Below are positions 37,241-49,849 of a stretch of 64,000 nucleotides of DNA, piece by piece. The DNA lies in assembly GCA_964106915.2 (NCBI GenBank), contig OZ066916.1, one strand, 5' to 3'. Positions within the stretch are counted from its first letter, which is position 1, and every line of letters begins with the position of its first letter. The stretch is from Podarcis gaigeae. Lineage: Eukaryota. The notes under the pieces are model-generated. The model was not told where the DNA came from. It worked only from the letters and a program-made list of their open reading frames with translations, and did not search any database. A program made the translations under genes and the position numbers.

Positions 37241-38081
37241 TGCAGCTGTGAAAGGATGGGCTCTTTTCTGGGGTGGGGGTGGAATCTCTTTTCATTTGAA
37301 TGGATGGATCTTCCCTCCCTTGTCCTGAAGTTAAGTTGTGCCCTCTTGGGGCAACGCGTGTCTGTGTGCGCGCGTGTATGTATGTATGTGGGTATCCCCG
37401 CTAAAGGCATTTCTGGAGGATTTGATCAGTGCCATAAGGAACAGAAAACATCTCGGCAAGAATTCGCAGAAACGAAACTGGAAGTCACTTCCTGCAGCAC
37501 TTGGTGCTTTTTTTTTTTTTTTAAAGGGAGGTGGTGGGAGCCTGCTAGCAAGATAATGAAAATATGATCGCTTTTTTAAATGAGTTGTGGCCGATAAAGG
37601 CCTCGATCCAAGGAGCGGCTCTGACCAGTTACACTTGTCTAAGGGGGTCTGGACTTGTTTTCCTCAGTTTGCTGCTGTGCTACGTTGGGACAGCTACGAT
37701 ATGGCCCCAGAGGATTTACTGTTTAGAGCTGGTGTGTGTGTGTGTGTGTAAAGAGCATAAATATATATACTGAGGGCATCCCTAAGGTCTTAGTCTAGCA
37801 TCTCATTGGATCACAGCCATAATCATACCGGTTTGTCTTTCTGTGGCGGTCGCAGTCATGAGCGGGAATTCATGGTAAAGCCAGTTCTTTGAATGCAAGG
37901 GTGGAGACCACTATTAAAATGCTGCAGCATTTGAACTGACTTCAGTGACATGCAGGCATTGCAGATTTTTTTTAAAAAGCAGGGGGTTTGCCAATATTTG
38001 CAATGGGTGGAGAAGATAGAGGACCTTCTCACAGTTGTGCCCTTCTCTCTGGCACACACATGGACGTGCATGCATGTCAAC

Positions 38082-38114
<33 letters not shown>

Positions 38115-38463
38115 TGTGCGTGCACACATACACAACCATCTCACACAAAGTGTGGGAGGATGAGACACAGGAAGCAAGGGTTTCCTCTTTCTGCCTTTCC
38201 CCTGTCACTCAAGTCTCCTTGTCCTCCTGATCTTCTTCTCAGTCTGACCTCTTTTTCCTCCATTTCATCTGCCTCTGAGATGGGATTCTGACCATGTACA
38301 CATGGCCTGGTGTAGCCAGGATTTATTTTCGGTGGGGGGCAGGCTTTATGTTGGGGGGGCAGAACCAAGTTATCTGTTATGCAATTGGTCAGTTAGTTAT
38401 TGTTGTTAGCCGCCCTGAGCCCGGCTTCGGCTGGGGAGGGCGGGATATAAATAAAATTATTTA

Positions 38464-38494
<31 letters not shown>

Positions 38495-39095
38495 GATGGG
38501 GGGAAGCTGCCCCCCTGCCCTCTTGGCTACACCCATGAGTCTTTAACATATCAAACTGCAGGAGTGGGAGCCTGCCAGTTAAGACTGTTTTCCCATGTGG
38601 CAAAACAAACACTCAAATCCCCACAAGGAAAGATCTAGCACATCAGGGACAGATATTGTGGTCTAACATGTTTCCTATTGGTTTGAAGTTTCTTTTATGT
38701 CAGGTGGCATTCAAGCCCACGCAGTATTTTACCACATCACAACTCTTATTGCTATGTTTTGTTGCGTGTGTAGACTAGGCCTACAACTGTGGGGAATGAG
38801 GGCTGCTCCCCTGTCCTGCTTTTTGCCTCTTCTCTCTTCATCTTGGCGGTTGCTGTGCTTTGCACTGCTCTCTCTTTTCTCCTCCTTTCTTCTGCTTTGC
38901 CTTCCAGCTTCAGAAAGCATGGAGAGAGCAATGGCTCTGCCTGGCTGTGTTTTCAGGTAAAATTAGGATGAGTAGCATGAAATGTTGTGGCAGCTCAAAC
39001 ATACTCTCTCCTTGCCTATGAGTTATGATGATGTTGACTTGGTGAATCTGAGTGCACAGCTACTAGATTGCAACCCTGTTTAATAGAAGTCTGTA

Positions 39096-39337
39096 CAATG
39101 GTACCTCGGGTTACATACACTTCAGGTTACATGCGCTTCAGGTTACAGACTCCGCTAACCTAGAAATATTACCTCAGGTTAAGAACTTTGCTTCAGGATG
39201 AGAACAGAAATCGTGCTCCAGCAGCGCGGCAGCAGCAGGAGGCCCCATTAGCTAAAGTGGTGTTTCAGGTTAAGAACAGTTTCAGGTTAAGTACGGACCT
39301 CCGGAACGAATTAAGTACTTAACCTGAGGTACCACTG
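39096..39337. mobile_element. Tc1/mariner MITE, family A
   Basis: Same TIR and body as the 2176 copy, in opposite orientation. Confidence 0.88.
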
Positions 39338-39498
39338 TATTCAGAAGATAGGGGCTCACCTGATCTTCTGGGGGCAATTCTTACTCTTCACAGGTAACAA
39401 GGGAAGCCTCAACCATATTTACAGTAACAGTAGTTAGATGTGAATATTTTTAAATATATGAAGGGTATATCTCACTTTGGAATTTAACTTTTTTTCAG

Positions 39499-39570
39499 AA
39501 TCTGCTACTAATCTGCCAAAGAAGCCAGGCTCTGAGCCTTTATTTACAAAACTGCGTAATCCAAGTACAG
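39499..39570 (+). CDS. RNASEH2B: RNASEH2B exon 2 (GC donor)
   Basis: 72 nt encoding SATNLPKKPGSEPLFTKLRNPST(G); ends CAG|gcaagt. Confidence 0.88.
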
Positions 39571-39616
39571 GCAAGTCTGAAATTGTAATTCTTTCCTTAC
39601 CTTCAAATTTGAATTA

Positions 39617-39858
39617 CAGTCGTACCTTGGTTCTGAAACACCTGCGACCTGAATGTTTTGGCTCCCGAACACCGCAAACCTGGAAGTGAGTATTCCAGTT
39701 TGCGAACGCTTTTTGGAAGCTGAACGTCCAACGTGGCTTCTGCAGCTTCCGATTGAGTGCAGGAAGCTCCTGTAGCCAATCAGAAGCTGCACCTTGGTTT
39801 TTGAATGTTTCGAACAGACTTCTGGAACGGATTCTGTTGGAGAACAAAGGTACCACTG
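39617..39858. mobile_element. Tc1/mariner MITE, family C
   Basis: TIR CAGT.GTACCTT; related partial copy at about 58148-58351. Confidence 0.8.
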
Positions 39859-40308
39859 TATTTCCTTTGTAGACTGAAGCTTTAAAATGATGTGTTTAAA
39901 AAGAGTAGGGCTTTTTGTCTATTCAGTAAATGTTTTCTGTAAGATTATGTCTGTATGTTGTGTATTGTGTTTTGCTGTAAAATACATGGGTTTGGGGGGC
40001 TGAGTTAAGCTGCCAGCTGTTCCTCTGTCCCAGAGCTAATAAAACAATGGCTACATCCAAGGTATATTGCTGTTGACATCCGTCTGTCTCGAGAGACAAT
40101 GGAGTGTGCCGCTGGGGGTGAATTAAAACCACTGTGTTAGCAGCACCACAAGCCTGGGCAATGTGTATGGAAGTCCTGGGCTGCCCAGATCCATGTCAGA
40201 TTTCTTTGAAATTAATTCCCAAGGGTCTAAAGGACTGGGATATGTTGATCTCACATGATATCTGTAATAGACTTAGTTCAGACATCATGCCAAACTATAG
40301 TTAATACA

Positions 40309-40649
40309 GGGACACAGGTGGTGCTGTGGGTTAAACCACAGAGCCTAGGGCTTGCCTATCAGAAGGTTGGCAGTCCGAATCCCCGCGAGGGGGTGAGCTC
40401 CCGTTGCTCGGTCCCTGCTCCTGCCAACCTAGCAGTTTGAAAGCGTGAAGTGCAAGTAGACAAATAGGTACCACTCCGGTGTAAACGGCGTTTCCCTGCG
40501 TTGCTCTGGTTTGCCAGAAGTGGCTTAGTCATGCTGGCCACATGACCCGGAAGCTGTATGCCGGCTCCCTCGGCCAAGAAAGGGAGATGAGCGCCGCAAC
40601 CCCAGAGTCATCCGCGATGGACCTAATGTTCAGGGGTCCCTTTACCTTT
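40309..40649 (+). mobile_element. Sauria SINE
   Basis: Same family; TSD TATAGTTAATAC. Confidence 0.9.
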
Positions 40650-40792
40650 TATAGTTAATACTATGGTTTTGTAAATCTACTTCAGGTCATGATTTTCAGT
40701 TTTGCTTTGCTGGCTGACTGCAAACCATGGCTTGCCAGTTTATACACGATGCTTACATTCAGATGAAACACGTTAAGCAAATTTAGCTTGTG

Positions 40793-41043
40793 TCCTGCCA
40801 ACCTAGCAGTTCGAAAGCACGTCAAAGTGCAAGCAGATAAATAGGTACCGGTCTGGCGGGAAGGTAAACTGCGTTTCCATGCGCTGTTCTGGTTCACCCA
40901 GAAGCGGCTTAGTCATGCTGGCCACATGACCCGGAAGCTGTCTGCGGACAAACGCCAGCTCCCTCAGCCTATAGAGCGAGATGAGCACCGCAACCCCAGA
41001 GTCATCCGCGACCGGACTTAACGGTCAGGGGTACATTTACTTT
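40793..41043 (+). mobile_element. Sauria SINE, 5'-truncated, variant subfamily
   Basis: Body matches the other copies, with an extra segment CTGTCTGCGGACAAACGCC. Confidence 0.85.
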
Positions 41044-41627
41044 TATGAGCTGCCTGCTTGTGCACACTGCTTGAGTCTTCCTTCCCTCTTCCTTTCCTGG
41101 AGCAAGGAAACAAACCACAGAGTTGGCTGGCTTGACATTCTGTCCAAACCAGTGTTTGTGTTCCAACTCCCCGCCAAAGCTTATTTCTTCTCTCTACATT
41201 TAGCATTACATCCAGATGTGTTCCCTGCCAAACGATAGTTAAGCTTCCTAAACCATGGGTTGGCACAGGAGTTGTCAACCATTTTGGACCCATGGGCACA
41301 TTTGCAAAGCAGGGAAACAATGGTGACCCCCCCCCCACTTCACCCGTTCGTGCACAGCAGCCAATTGTTAGCTACAACATAATGCTTCTTTGCAGACTAA
41401 GGGGACTCAGCGGGTACCTGGGAAGGTCTCTGTGGGTGCATGAGTTGGCAATCCCTAGTTTCAGTGTGATGCTTAAACTTTTCTATTTGTCTGAGTTTCT
41501 TTTGCACTTAAGGTTTGCAAACAGTCCGGCATTCTTCTGAGAGTTTACTTTCTTCTTTTGATTGGGGGTGGCTATTGGCAGCTTCAGAAATCCGAAACCA
41601 ATATCTGTGTCGTCATCGTTTTAACAG

Positions 41628-41735
41628 GACAAGCAGCCCTTTACTTGTTCGGAAGTGATGGCCGTCAGGTGTTTGAAGTGAAAGCTTTTCATGAAGAATA
41701 CCGGTCGTGGTTTATCGGCGAAGCTGTTCAACATG
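41628..41735 (+). CDS. RNASEH2B: RNASEH2B exon 3
   Basis: 108 nt encoding QAALYLFGSDGRQVFEVKAFHEEYRSWFIGEAVQH(D). Confidence 0.94.
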
Positions 41736-42137
41736 GTGAGCAGCGTCCTCGTTCTCCATTTGCAGCCTGATCTTCAAGCAGTGATTCCTCGTGATTTTAG
41801 GCATACGCAGATTCCTGAGCTACTACAGCTTAGTTTATCCTCATTTACATGTAACAAGCTGGGCGAAGCTTTATGCTTCCATCGCCCTCAATTCAGATCT
41901 GTATAAGAATATACACAGGAACATAGGAATCTGTCTTATTCCTAGCTCAAAATTGTCTACATGAATTTGCTCCTGGATAAAGAAATACGTTTGAGCACCC
42001 AAAATCAAATAAAGAAATATTTTATTTGGGGTATAGTACCTATTTCTTTACTCAGGTGAAGACTGAATTTATCAAGGGAAATTACTATTATAATTATTTA
42101 TCTATTGTCACGATGATGCTTTTTTATATACTTTTAG

Positions 42138-42214
42138 ATGGACGGCTATTATTTGCTACACCAGTGGATCCCTTATTTCTTTTGTTGTTTTACCTTACCA
42201 AGGCAGAGAAAGAG
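42138..42214 (+). CDS. RNASEH2B: RNASEH2B exon 4
   Basis: 77 nt encoding GRLLFATPVDPLFLLLFYLTKAEKE, which carries the family TPxDPLF motif. Confidence 0.95.
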
Positions 42215-42871
42215 GTAGGTAACTCGAAATTTTTAAGGATGCCATTATATTGCTTTTCTCCACAAACAACTGTAAATTAATGCTCTAAAGTAGGTAGGTG
42301 TTCAAGTGTTGTAGTCAGTAGACTCCACTACATATTATAATGTGTTTGGGTACTACCTGGTTAGGTTGTCATGGCTGTCACTTGAAATTATTAAATTATG
42401 TAGAAAACAACTCCTGTAGGGCTTCAAGCCAAACTGGAACATGTATTGTGAGGAAGAAAGATTGGCTATTTCAGAGTTCTGTCTGTAAATCTTTCTAGTG
42501 AAAGAGAGAGTACAAAATCTTGTTGCCTTTTGGTCTGCTAATTCTGTTGGTGCATTTTCACTTGCAGAACTTGTATTTATCCTTCACAACAAAGAGTCAC
42601 TAGGTGTTTAAAATACTGGCTTTTTTAAAAAAAACCCACCCACTTTATTTAAAGACCCTTCATTAAAGAATTTTTCATCAGTCCGAAATAACTGTTAATG
42701 CTTCGCTGTTCTTTAATTTATTAGCAGCTTTTGGTAGTACCTGTCAGCCATCCATCTCTAGCTGAAATTACCTGGCCACAAAAAATTAAAAAAAAAAAAA
42801 AATCTGGCAAAATATTTTTGAATCACTTTGATCCATTCACCATTTTGATTTATCTTCCCTTTTTCCAGCAG

Positions 42872-42986
42872 GGAAAGTTTCAGCCTTTGGATCAGTTCCT
42901 GGTAGACGAAGAGTTCTCTTCCTGTGCAATGTTGCTAAACTGCAAGAACATTTCGCAATCTGTTCACCACCTAGCAGATGAAAAAG
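42872..42986 (+). CDS. RNASEH2B: RNASEH2B exon 5 (NAGNAG acceptor; alternative start 42869)
   Basis: 115 nt encoding GKFQPLDQFLVDEEFSSCAMLLNCKNISQSVHHLADEK(E). Confidence 0.93.
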
Positions 42987-43467
42987 GTACAAGATCTGAC
43001 AAATAAAATGAGCAAGCAGCATTTGATACAGGTTTTACAGTCCTTTGTCAGTTCATGCTGTTAGGCCAGTGAAGGTTTGTCACAGTCAGCTTTCCCAGGG
43101 CTTCACAAGCCATACATGCAGAAATAACTCCCAGTGAACCATGTCAAACTATAGAGGGTCTGTATGAGAGAGGCCACTGAACACAGAGTATTCATACTTT
43201 CACAACAGTTTCTGCAATTGTGAGTGCCAGGAATGTAAGCTGAAACTCTAAGTGTGTTCAACATGCCCAAGTTGTAGAGGGAGGGACTGTAGCTTAATTA
43301 GTAGTAGAGTACATTTTCTGCATGCACATGGTCCCCGATTCAGTCCCTGCCATCTGTAGGTAAGACGGGAAGAGAGCCCTCTCTGAAACACAGGAGAGCC
43401 CTGCCAGTTAATGAGCAAAATAGACCAATGCTTATAAGGTTGTGTGTGTGTGTTTCACTGGTAACCT

Positions 43468-43498
<31 letters not shown>

Positions 43499-44032
43499 AG
43501 TGCTTTTTTTCTACAGGTACACAGGGGTACGCATACCCCTAAACATTTTGTGAATCTAACAGGAGAAGAAACTATTTTTAAAAAAAATAGCTTCTTTTCT
43601 AGCATGGTGAATCATCAGTTCCATTGCTACCTCTGATGACGGCCTCATTTCCTGGCCCAGTGTTTCCTGAGTCTCAGATGGAAGTGAGCGTTTAATGTGT
43701 GAAGTAGGAGTTGGAATCTAGCACGGTGATTGGTCGGTTTTGTTGTATTTACTGTATTTATTTACCCCGATTTGAATTATATAATGGTGATTTTCTTGAG
43801 TCAAAATGAGAGTAGCCCTAAACATTTTTTTAAAAATGAAAAAAAGTACTGTATATATGCGTGTGTGTGTGTGTTTATAAATGTGTTCACTGGTAACTTT
43901 GTATGGATGCTGAAATAACATATCTACCGCAATGTCTTATTTCATGTCAGAGCGGTACATAAATTCAACAAATAAATATATAAATGTCATGAAAGTACAA
44001 ATCTAAATCCGAGGCGACCCTTTTTGTCTCAG

Positions 44033-44097
44033 AAATAGGTGGCCGAAAATTTTACAAATACAGCGAGGAGAAAGCACTGAAGTGGCTGAAGAAGAAG
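44033..44097 (+). CDS. RNASEH2B: RNASEH2B exon 6
   Basis: 65 nt encoding IGGRKFYKYSEEKALKWLKKK. Confidence 0.92.
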
Positions 44098-44554
44098 GTA
44101 TCGTTTTGTTAAAAGAGATTCTTTTCTATTGTGATGAATTCTGAGTATTATATGTTGCCTTGTACAAAAGCCAGGGACTCTAGTTAAAACTGGAAAAATG
44201 TAACAGTGCTATGAGGATGCAGCCGATTTCTAAGGACCTTCCTCTTCTTTACCTGCACTATTGAATGCCTTAGTTACACCAGACCGGAAGGAACTTTCCC
44301 AGTAAGTGTTCCATGTTCCTATGTAATTTCTGGGATGGATTAGATATCAGTAGTTGTCAGTAATTTCCTGCAGATTATCCCAAACTCCACCTGCTTCCGC
44401 TTTGTGACTGGCTCAACCCTTGGGCAGCCATTTTGTGACTGGTGGACTTCCGTAATTTTCAGCCAATTCATGTGGAACCATGGGGGTGCAAACTTTTGAG
44501 ATTTAGTTAAGTACAGAAGGCATTGAGATTGTCATAAAATACAACAATGAAATA

Positions 44555-44794
44555 CAGGTACCTCGGGTTACATACGCTTCAGGTTACATACGCTTCAGGT
44601 TAAAGACTCCGCTAACCCAGAAATAGTGCTTCAGGTTAAGAACTTTGCTTCAGGATGAGAACAGAAATCATGCTCCGGTGGCGCAGCAGCAATGGGAGGC
44701 CCCATTAGCTAAAGTGGTGCTTCAGGTTAAGAACAGTTTCAGGTTAAGTACGGACCTCCGGAACGAATTAAGTACTTAACCCGAGGTACCACTG
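44555..44794. mobile_element. Tc1/mariner MITE, family A
   Basis: Same TIR and body; TA flanks. Confidence 0.88.
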
Positions 44795-45559
44795 TACATG
44801 TGCTCTCATGCTGCACTCGATTCAGCACTTAGAAAATATGACGCTCCAGAACTAAGTTTCACATTTGCTTTGCATAGTTACTTGTCTGAAAATAAAAGGG
44901 GGGGGGCATTCAGATGTAATGCAGGATTTTCCCTCTCCTCTCCCCTCTCACATTTTTTTGTGAGTGGCTTAAGCTGCATCCCCCTTACTCATAGACTCAT
45001 AGATGGAAGGGATCCAAGGGTCATCTAGTCCAGCCCCCTGCGAAGCAGGAATCTCAGCTAAAACATCCATGACAGACAGCCATCCAACCTCTGCTTAAAA
45101 TCCCCACTATTTCTGCTGTAGTTGTGCTACCTTAGTTGTGATCACTCTACAAATGGAATACCTTAGTAGCCTTTGCTGGCTGCAGTAGGAAAAAAGAGTT
45201 TGGTTAAGAAAACCTTTAAAAAGTGTATCAATAATTTGCTAAGTTTGTAGCTATTTTAACAGTAAATTGTATGCCGTAAATGCAGTCCTCCGTGATTTTC
45301 TCCTGAGCAGTTACATTTTATACAAACGGAAATGTCTCAGGAGTGCCACTTTTTTCTTTCACAATTCTCATTCATCCCATTCTCATAAAGGGGGTTTATT
45401 TGGGCAACCGTAGAAGATTGTGACCCATGTCAGTATGGTAGCAGCTACAAATGTGTGCTAGATTTCAGTTTGTAGGTTCAGGGTTTGGCTTTGGTGGTAC
45501 ATTGCATGTACACACAACGGCAGCGAGGATAAGCCCTTCTGTTTTGTGGCTTTTGCCAG

Positions 45560-45665
45560 GTCGACCAGACTGTCAAAGTGTTAAAAGACAATGACATACC
45601 TGTGGGTGGAAAGGTGCAGTCTGCTACATTTATCAGCGGCAAACGGAACACGGATGCCACTGAAG
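45560..45665 (+). CDS. RNASEH2B: RNASEH2B exon 7
   Basis: 106 nt encoding VDQTVKVLKDNDIPVGGKVQSATFISGKRNTDATE(E). Confidence 0.93.
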
Positions 45666-45764
45666 GTAAGGGGATTTAGGTCCCAAGTGAAATATAAAAC
45701 ATTTATGCTGGTAAGATTTGTACAGTACTTACTTTGTTCGCATACATGATTTTCTCTTGCAGTA

Positions 45765-45990
45765 CAGTGGTACCTCGGGTTACAAACGCTTCAGGTAACA
45801 GACTCCGCTAACCCAGAAATAGTGCTTCAGGTTAAGAACTTTGCTTCAGAATGAGAACAGAAACCGTGCTCCAGCAGTGCGGCAGGAGCAGGAGGCCCCA
45901 TTAGCTAAAATGGTGCTTCAGGTTAAGAACAGTTTCAGGTTAAGAACGGACCTCTGGAACGAATTAAGTACTTAACCCAAGGTACCACTG
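45765..45990. mobile_element. Tc1/mariner MITE, family A
   Basis: Same TIR and body; TA flanks. Confidence 0.88.
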
Positions 45991-46485
45991 TACTTACATT
46001 TTCCTTACTGTAACAACTCCCATATGACATCAGCTTGTGTGTTGCACTTTCCCCTCCTTCACTTAGTTGGTTTTCCAGGCATTCTTTTCAGTTTCTCTTA
46101 ATTTTTTTTTGTGTGTGGTGTTTTTATAGTTACCAGGCCACTGCTGCTAAACACTATCAGGCCACAATGCACCCATCTCCCTCCCCAAAACTAGTTGATG
46201 TTCCCAGCACTGCTATCCTTTTGAGGCAAAACAGATAATAGTTGCTACATAACTTTATAGCCAGTTTTATGCCTTCAGGAGTGTTCAGTTGGAAAGAGAA
46301 GAGAAGGTCAGACAGGGAGAATTAACCCATCTGGTTGCCTGGGCTTATGAAACCAATAGGGAACATTTACATGGCCATCTGTGTGGTTTTCCATCCCTTT
46401 CCAATTTTATTTTCCCCCAAGACACAACTAATACGAAGCTGACAACCATTGCTGCATTTTAATTATGAGTGACAGTCGGGACATA

Positions 46486-46709
46486 CCGTATTTTTCGGAC
46501 GCACCTAGTTTTTGGAGGAGGAAAACAAGAAAAAAAAAATCTGAATCTCAGAAGCCAGAACAACAAGAGGGATCGCTGTGCAGTGAACCCTCTTGCTGTT
46601 CTGGCTTCTGGGATAGCTGTGCAGCCTGCATTCGCTCCATAAGACACACACACATTTCCCCTTACTTTTTAGGAGGGGAAAAGTGAGTCTTATAGAGCAA
46701 AAAATAGGG
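46486..46709. mobile_element. Tc1/mariner MITE, family D
   Basis: Reverse complement of the 29918 element. Confidence 0.8.
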
Positions 46710-47056
46710 TAAGTACTGCTGGCATGCTGCAAGCTGTCTATAGCATTCGGTGTCTGCTCTTTGCAAGTATTGATTCCATTTAGGGCAGGTGTGAGAAGGC
46801 TTTGGCCCTCCCAACTGTTGCTGGACTTCAACTCCCATCAGCCCTAACCATTGGCCATGCTTGCTGAGGGTCAGCGGTTCCCCACATCTGGTTTAGGCCA
46901 AAGGGTGTGTGAGATGCACTGATGGGAACACCACGAAACTAAAGGTGCGGATCACTCATCACAGATGGAAGTGGTAAACTTGGGGCAGTGTTAATTAGGA
47001 GACTGAGCATTCTAAAGGAGAGATGTTTTATAGCATTTATTTTGTTTTTCTTTCAG

Positions 47057-47138
47057 AGGACTATATTCGCTATGCTCATGGTTTAATAACTGAATATATT
47101 TCTGAAGAGCTGAGTACTGCACTAGCTCAGTATTTGAG
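47057..47138 (+). CDS. RNASEH2B: RNASEH2B exon 8
   Basis: 82 nt encoding DYIRYAHGLITEYISEELSTALAQYL(R). Confidence 0.95.
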
Positions 47139-47224
47139 GTGAGTGTACAAGCTTAATGTTGTAAGGGATAACTTTGATGACAATGACTGATTCCCCCCCC
47201 CCCCATGCTTTAGCTCTTTATATA

Positions 47225-47448
47225 CAGTGGTACCTCGGGCTACATATGCTTCAGGTTACATACGCTTCAGGTTACAGACCAGAAATAGTGCTTCAGGTTA
47301 AGAACTTTGCTTCAGGATGAGAACAGAAATCGTGCTGCGGCGGCAGTGAGAGGCCCCATTAGCTAAATTGGTGCTTCAGGTTAAGAACAGTTTCAGGTTA
47401 AGAACGGACCTCCGGAATGAATTAAGTACTTAACCCGAGGTACCACTG
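47225..47448. mobile_element. Tc1/mariner MITE, family A
   Basis: Same TIR and body; TA flanks. Confidence 0.88.
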
Positions 47449-48136
47449 TATTAGGTGGAAAGGATCCATCTGTGTCTGTAATTTTCAGCCAGTTATTTTG
47501 GAACCCGGGGGCGCAAACTTTGAGAATCGCTGATTTAGCTAAGTACAGAAGGCATTGAGACTGTCATAAAATATTATAATGAAATACTGAAATTGCTGCT
47601 TTACTGCTGTTTCTGCCTTTGCTGGGTGTGTTTTTCTCTTTCCAATTTGTAAAGACATGCAATTGATTCAGCACTTAGAAAATATGACGCCCGTGACTAA
47701 GTTTAACATTTGCTTTGCATAGTTCCTTGTCTGAAGGTGAAAGGGGAGGCTCAGGGGCCAATGTGGCCCTCCAGGTCTTATCCCAGGCCACACAGCCTTT
47801 CGAGACACACTCCTTCTCCCCAGGCCTCACACTCACAGGTCCTTCTTTACACCCCCACTGGAATATTTTTTGTACATATTACATTTTCTCCTAATGCTAC
47901 TTTTATGTTTTTTAGTCTTCCTGCCCACTGCTTACATCATTTGATTATTTGGTTGCATCTGAATTAATATTTGTTGTCATTTGGCTTTGGCTTTTTTGTT
48001 TCAGAACTGACACACAGGGAATACAACTTTGAAATAAAAGTAGAATTCTTAATTCTTTTGTGTGGTGCATGGCTGTTCTAGCCCAGAAGTTTTTATTAAA
48101 GTTTTCACAATGCAATCAAATTATATTTAGAACAAA

Positions 48137-48182
<46 letters not shown>

Positions 48183-48490
48183 GCAAAGCAAAGAGAGGAA
48201 GGCAAAAGAAGAAAGAAAGGAGAGGATTGAAGATTAGGGTAAAGCTTGAATACAGGGCCAGTTTTACCCTAATCTTCAATCCACATACAAAAAGTGAGTA
48301 TTCCCAGCTCCCACCTGGAAAGTTTTCCCCTTTCCCCAGGCTCCCACCCTGATAAAAACCCACTCTTGCTTGTCTCCCACACAAAAACTTCAAAATAAAT
48401 AGATGAGGCACTTACTGATAAAATATTCTAGCTTGATAGTTCTAAAATTTGACTTCCTTAACCTCTTTTCTTTTTTGTTTTGCTTTCCAG

Positions 48491-48533
48491 GCTCCCACAA
48501 ATTGCAAGTCCTCCGGCGGAGCCAGCATCCAAG
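48491..48533 (+). CDS. RNASEH2B: RNASEH2B exon 9
   Basis: 43 nt encoding LPQIASPPAEPASK; phases 2 and 0 fit the neighbouring exons. Confidence 0.88.
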
Positions 48534-49378
48534 GTAATGAATATTTAGGTACTGTTGGATATGTATCGTTTTCATGCCCTGAGTTCCTTCCATCACGGAA
48601 CCTGAGGGCAGTTTGCATGGGGTTTTCAGGCAGATCCCTGTTCAGGCATTGGCCAGACTCAGGTGAGCTTAGCCTCAGCGAGGTGGTTGCATCGTGAGCC
48701 TTCAGACCATGGTCTGGAACCCTGGAGATGATGAAAAAGAAATGCTGTACCAGAGCAATCCTTAGAGGAGAGGAAGTCAAGTCTTGAAATACTTCTTTTC
48801 CCATTGATAACAAACTCCCCACCCCCATTGATAACTGGGCTTTTTTAAAGCATCTAGCTGAAAGCATGAAACAGTGTCATAGTGTTCAGCAAGATGTAAG
48901 AAGAATGTGCAATTATTTTTAATCACAGACATTTTAACCACCAATCAAATGAGGAAGACCTTTCAAATTGACTGGTACATAGAGTATATGTTGGCAATGA
49001 AGTGCTACAAGTATGCCTATGGTTTTCAAAGCAGGAGTTATACGGAGGCATGCATGATAAGAAAATACACTTGTGTCTTTTGTATTAATGTCCTTGGCCT
49101 CTCACCTCCCCATACTACTTCCACCTTTCAGATCTCTGCTTCCTCTGCTCATAGTCTTCTTCCTTTATCCAACCATTCTCACTTAGCATTTTTCCCACCT
49201 CTGCTTGCATGTTCTGCAGTCGGCTTACCCACTTAATCTAGAGGACAGGCGATACTGCTTTGGATGACTTTATCACCATTGCTCACATTAAGCCTGAACG
49301 TTTTTTGTTTACGCTGAAGATCAGTGTATGCAATACACTGTGATTTTTATGGAGCAAATCCTCACTCTAACATTGCAG

Positions 49379-49459
49379 AAAAGGAAATTATCAGATGCCC
49401 CCGTGGAAGCAGAAGAGGATTACACCAAGTTTAATACTAGCGATATGAAAAGCAAAAAG
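49379..49459 (+). CDS. RNASEH2B: RNASEH2B exon 10
   Basis: 81 nt encoding KRKLSDAPVEAEEDYTKFNTSDMKSKK. Confidence 0.94.
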
Positions 49460-49849
49460 GTGAGTTGTATATCGCTTTTCCGACTAGCTTTTTGACTAGC
49501 AGCCTCATTTTCATGTAGGATGCTACTTTACTCAGGAGAAAGTAGAATACATATTCTAAGCATGCACAGTACATTCTATCCAGTGCTATTTTTCCAGTAA
49601 AAGGGGTGTCAGAACTCACCATGAACACCTCCCTCATTCTCTTAGAATGGCAATGGCATCCACCTGAGAGGTGCCAGAATTGAGTTCCAGGAAGTTCTGG
49701 CTGGAAAACCCCCTTAATACTATATGTGAGGAAAAAACCCATTAAGTTTTAGAATAGTATATTCTAACTAGTTCAAGAAATGATGAAAATATTGGTGGCG
49801 GGAATTTAAAAGTCTTTCATGGCTATCTCGGACTAAAGAACTAGTAAAG

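Noticed and set aside
36862-37567. 182-aa antisense ORF and neighbouring ORFs at the RNASEH2B start
   Set aside because: CpG-island artefacts with no recognisable homology.
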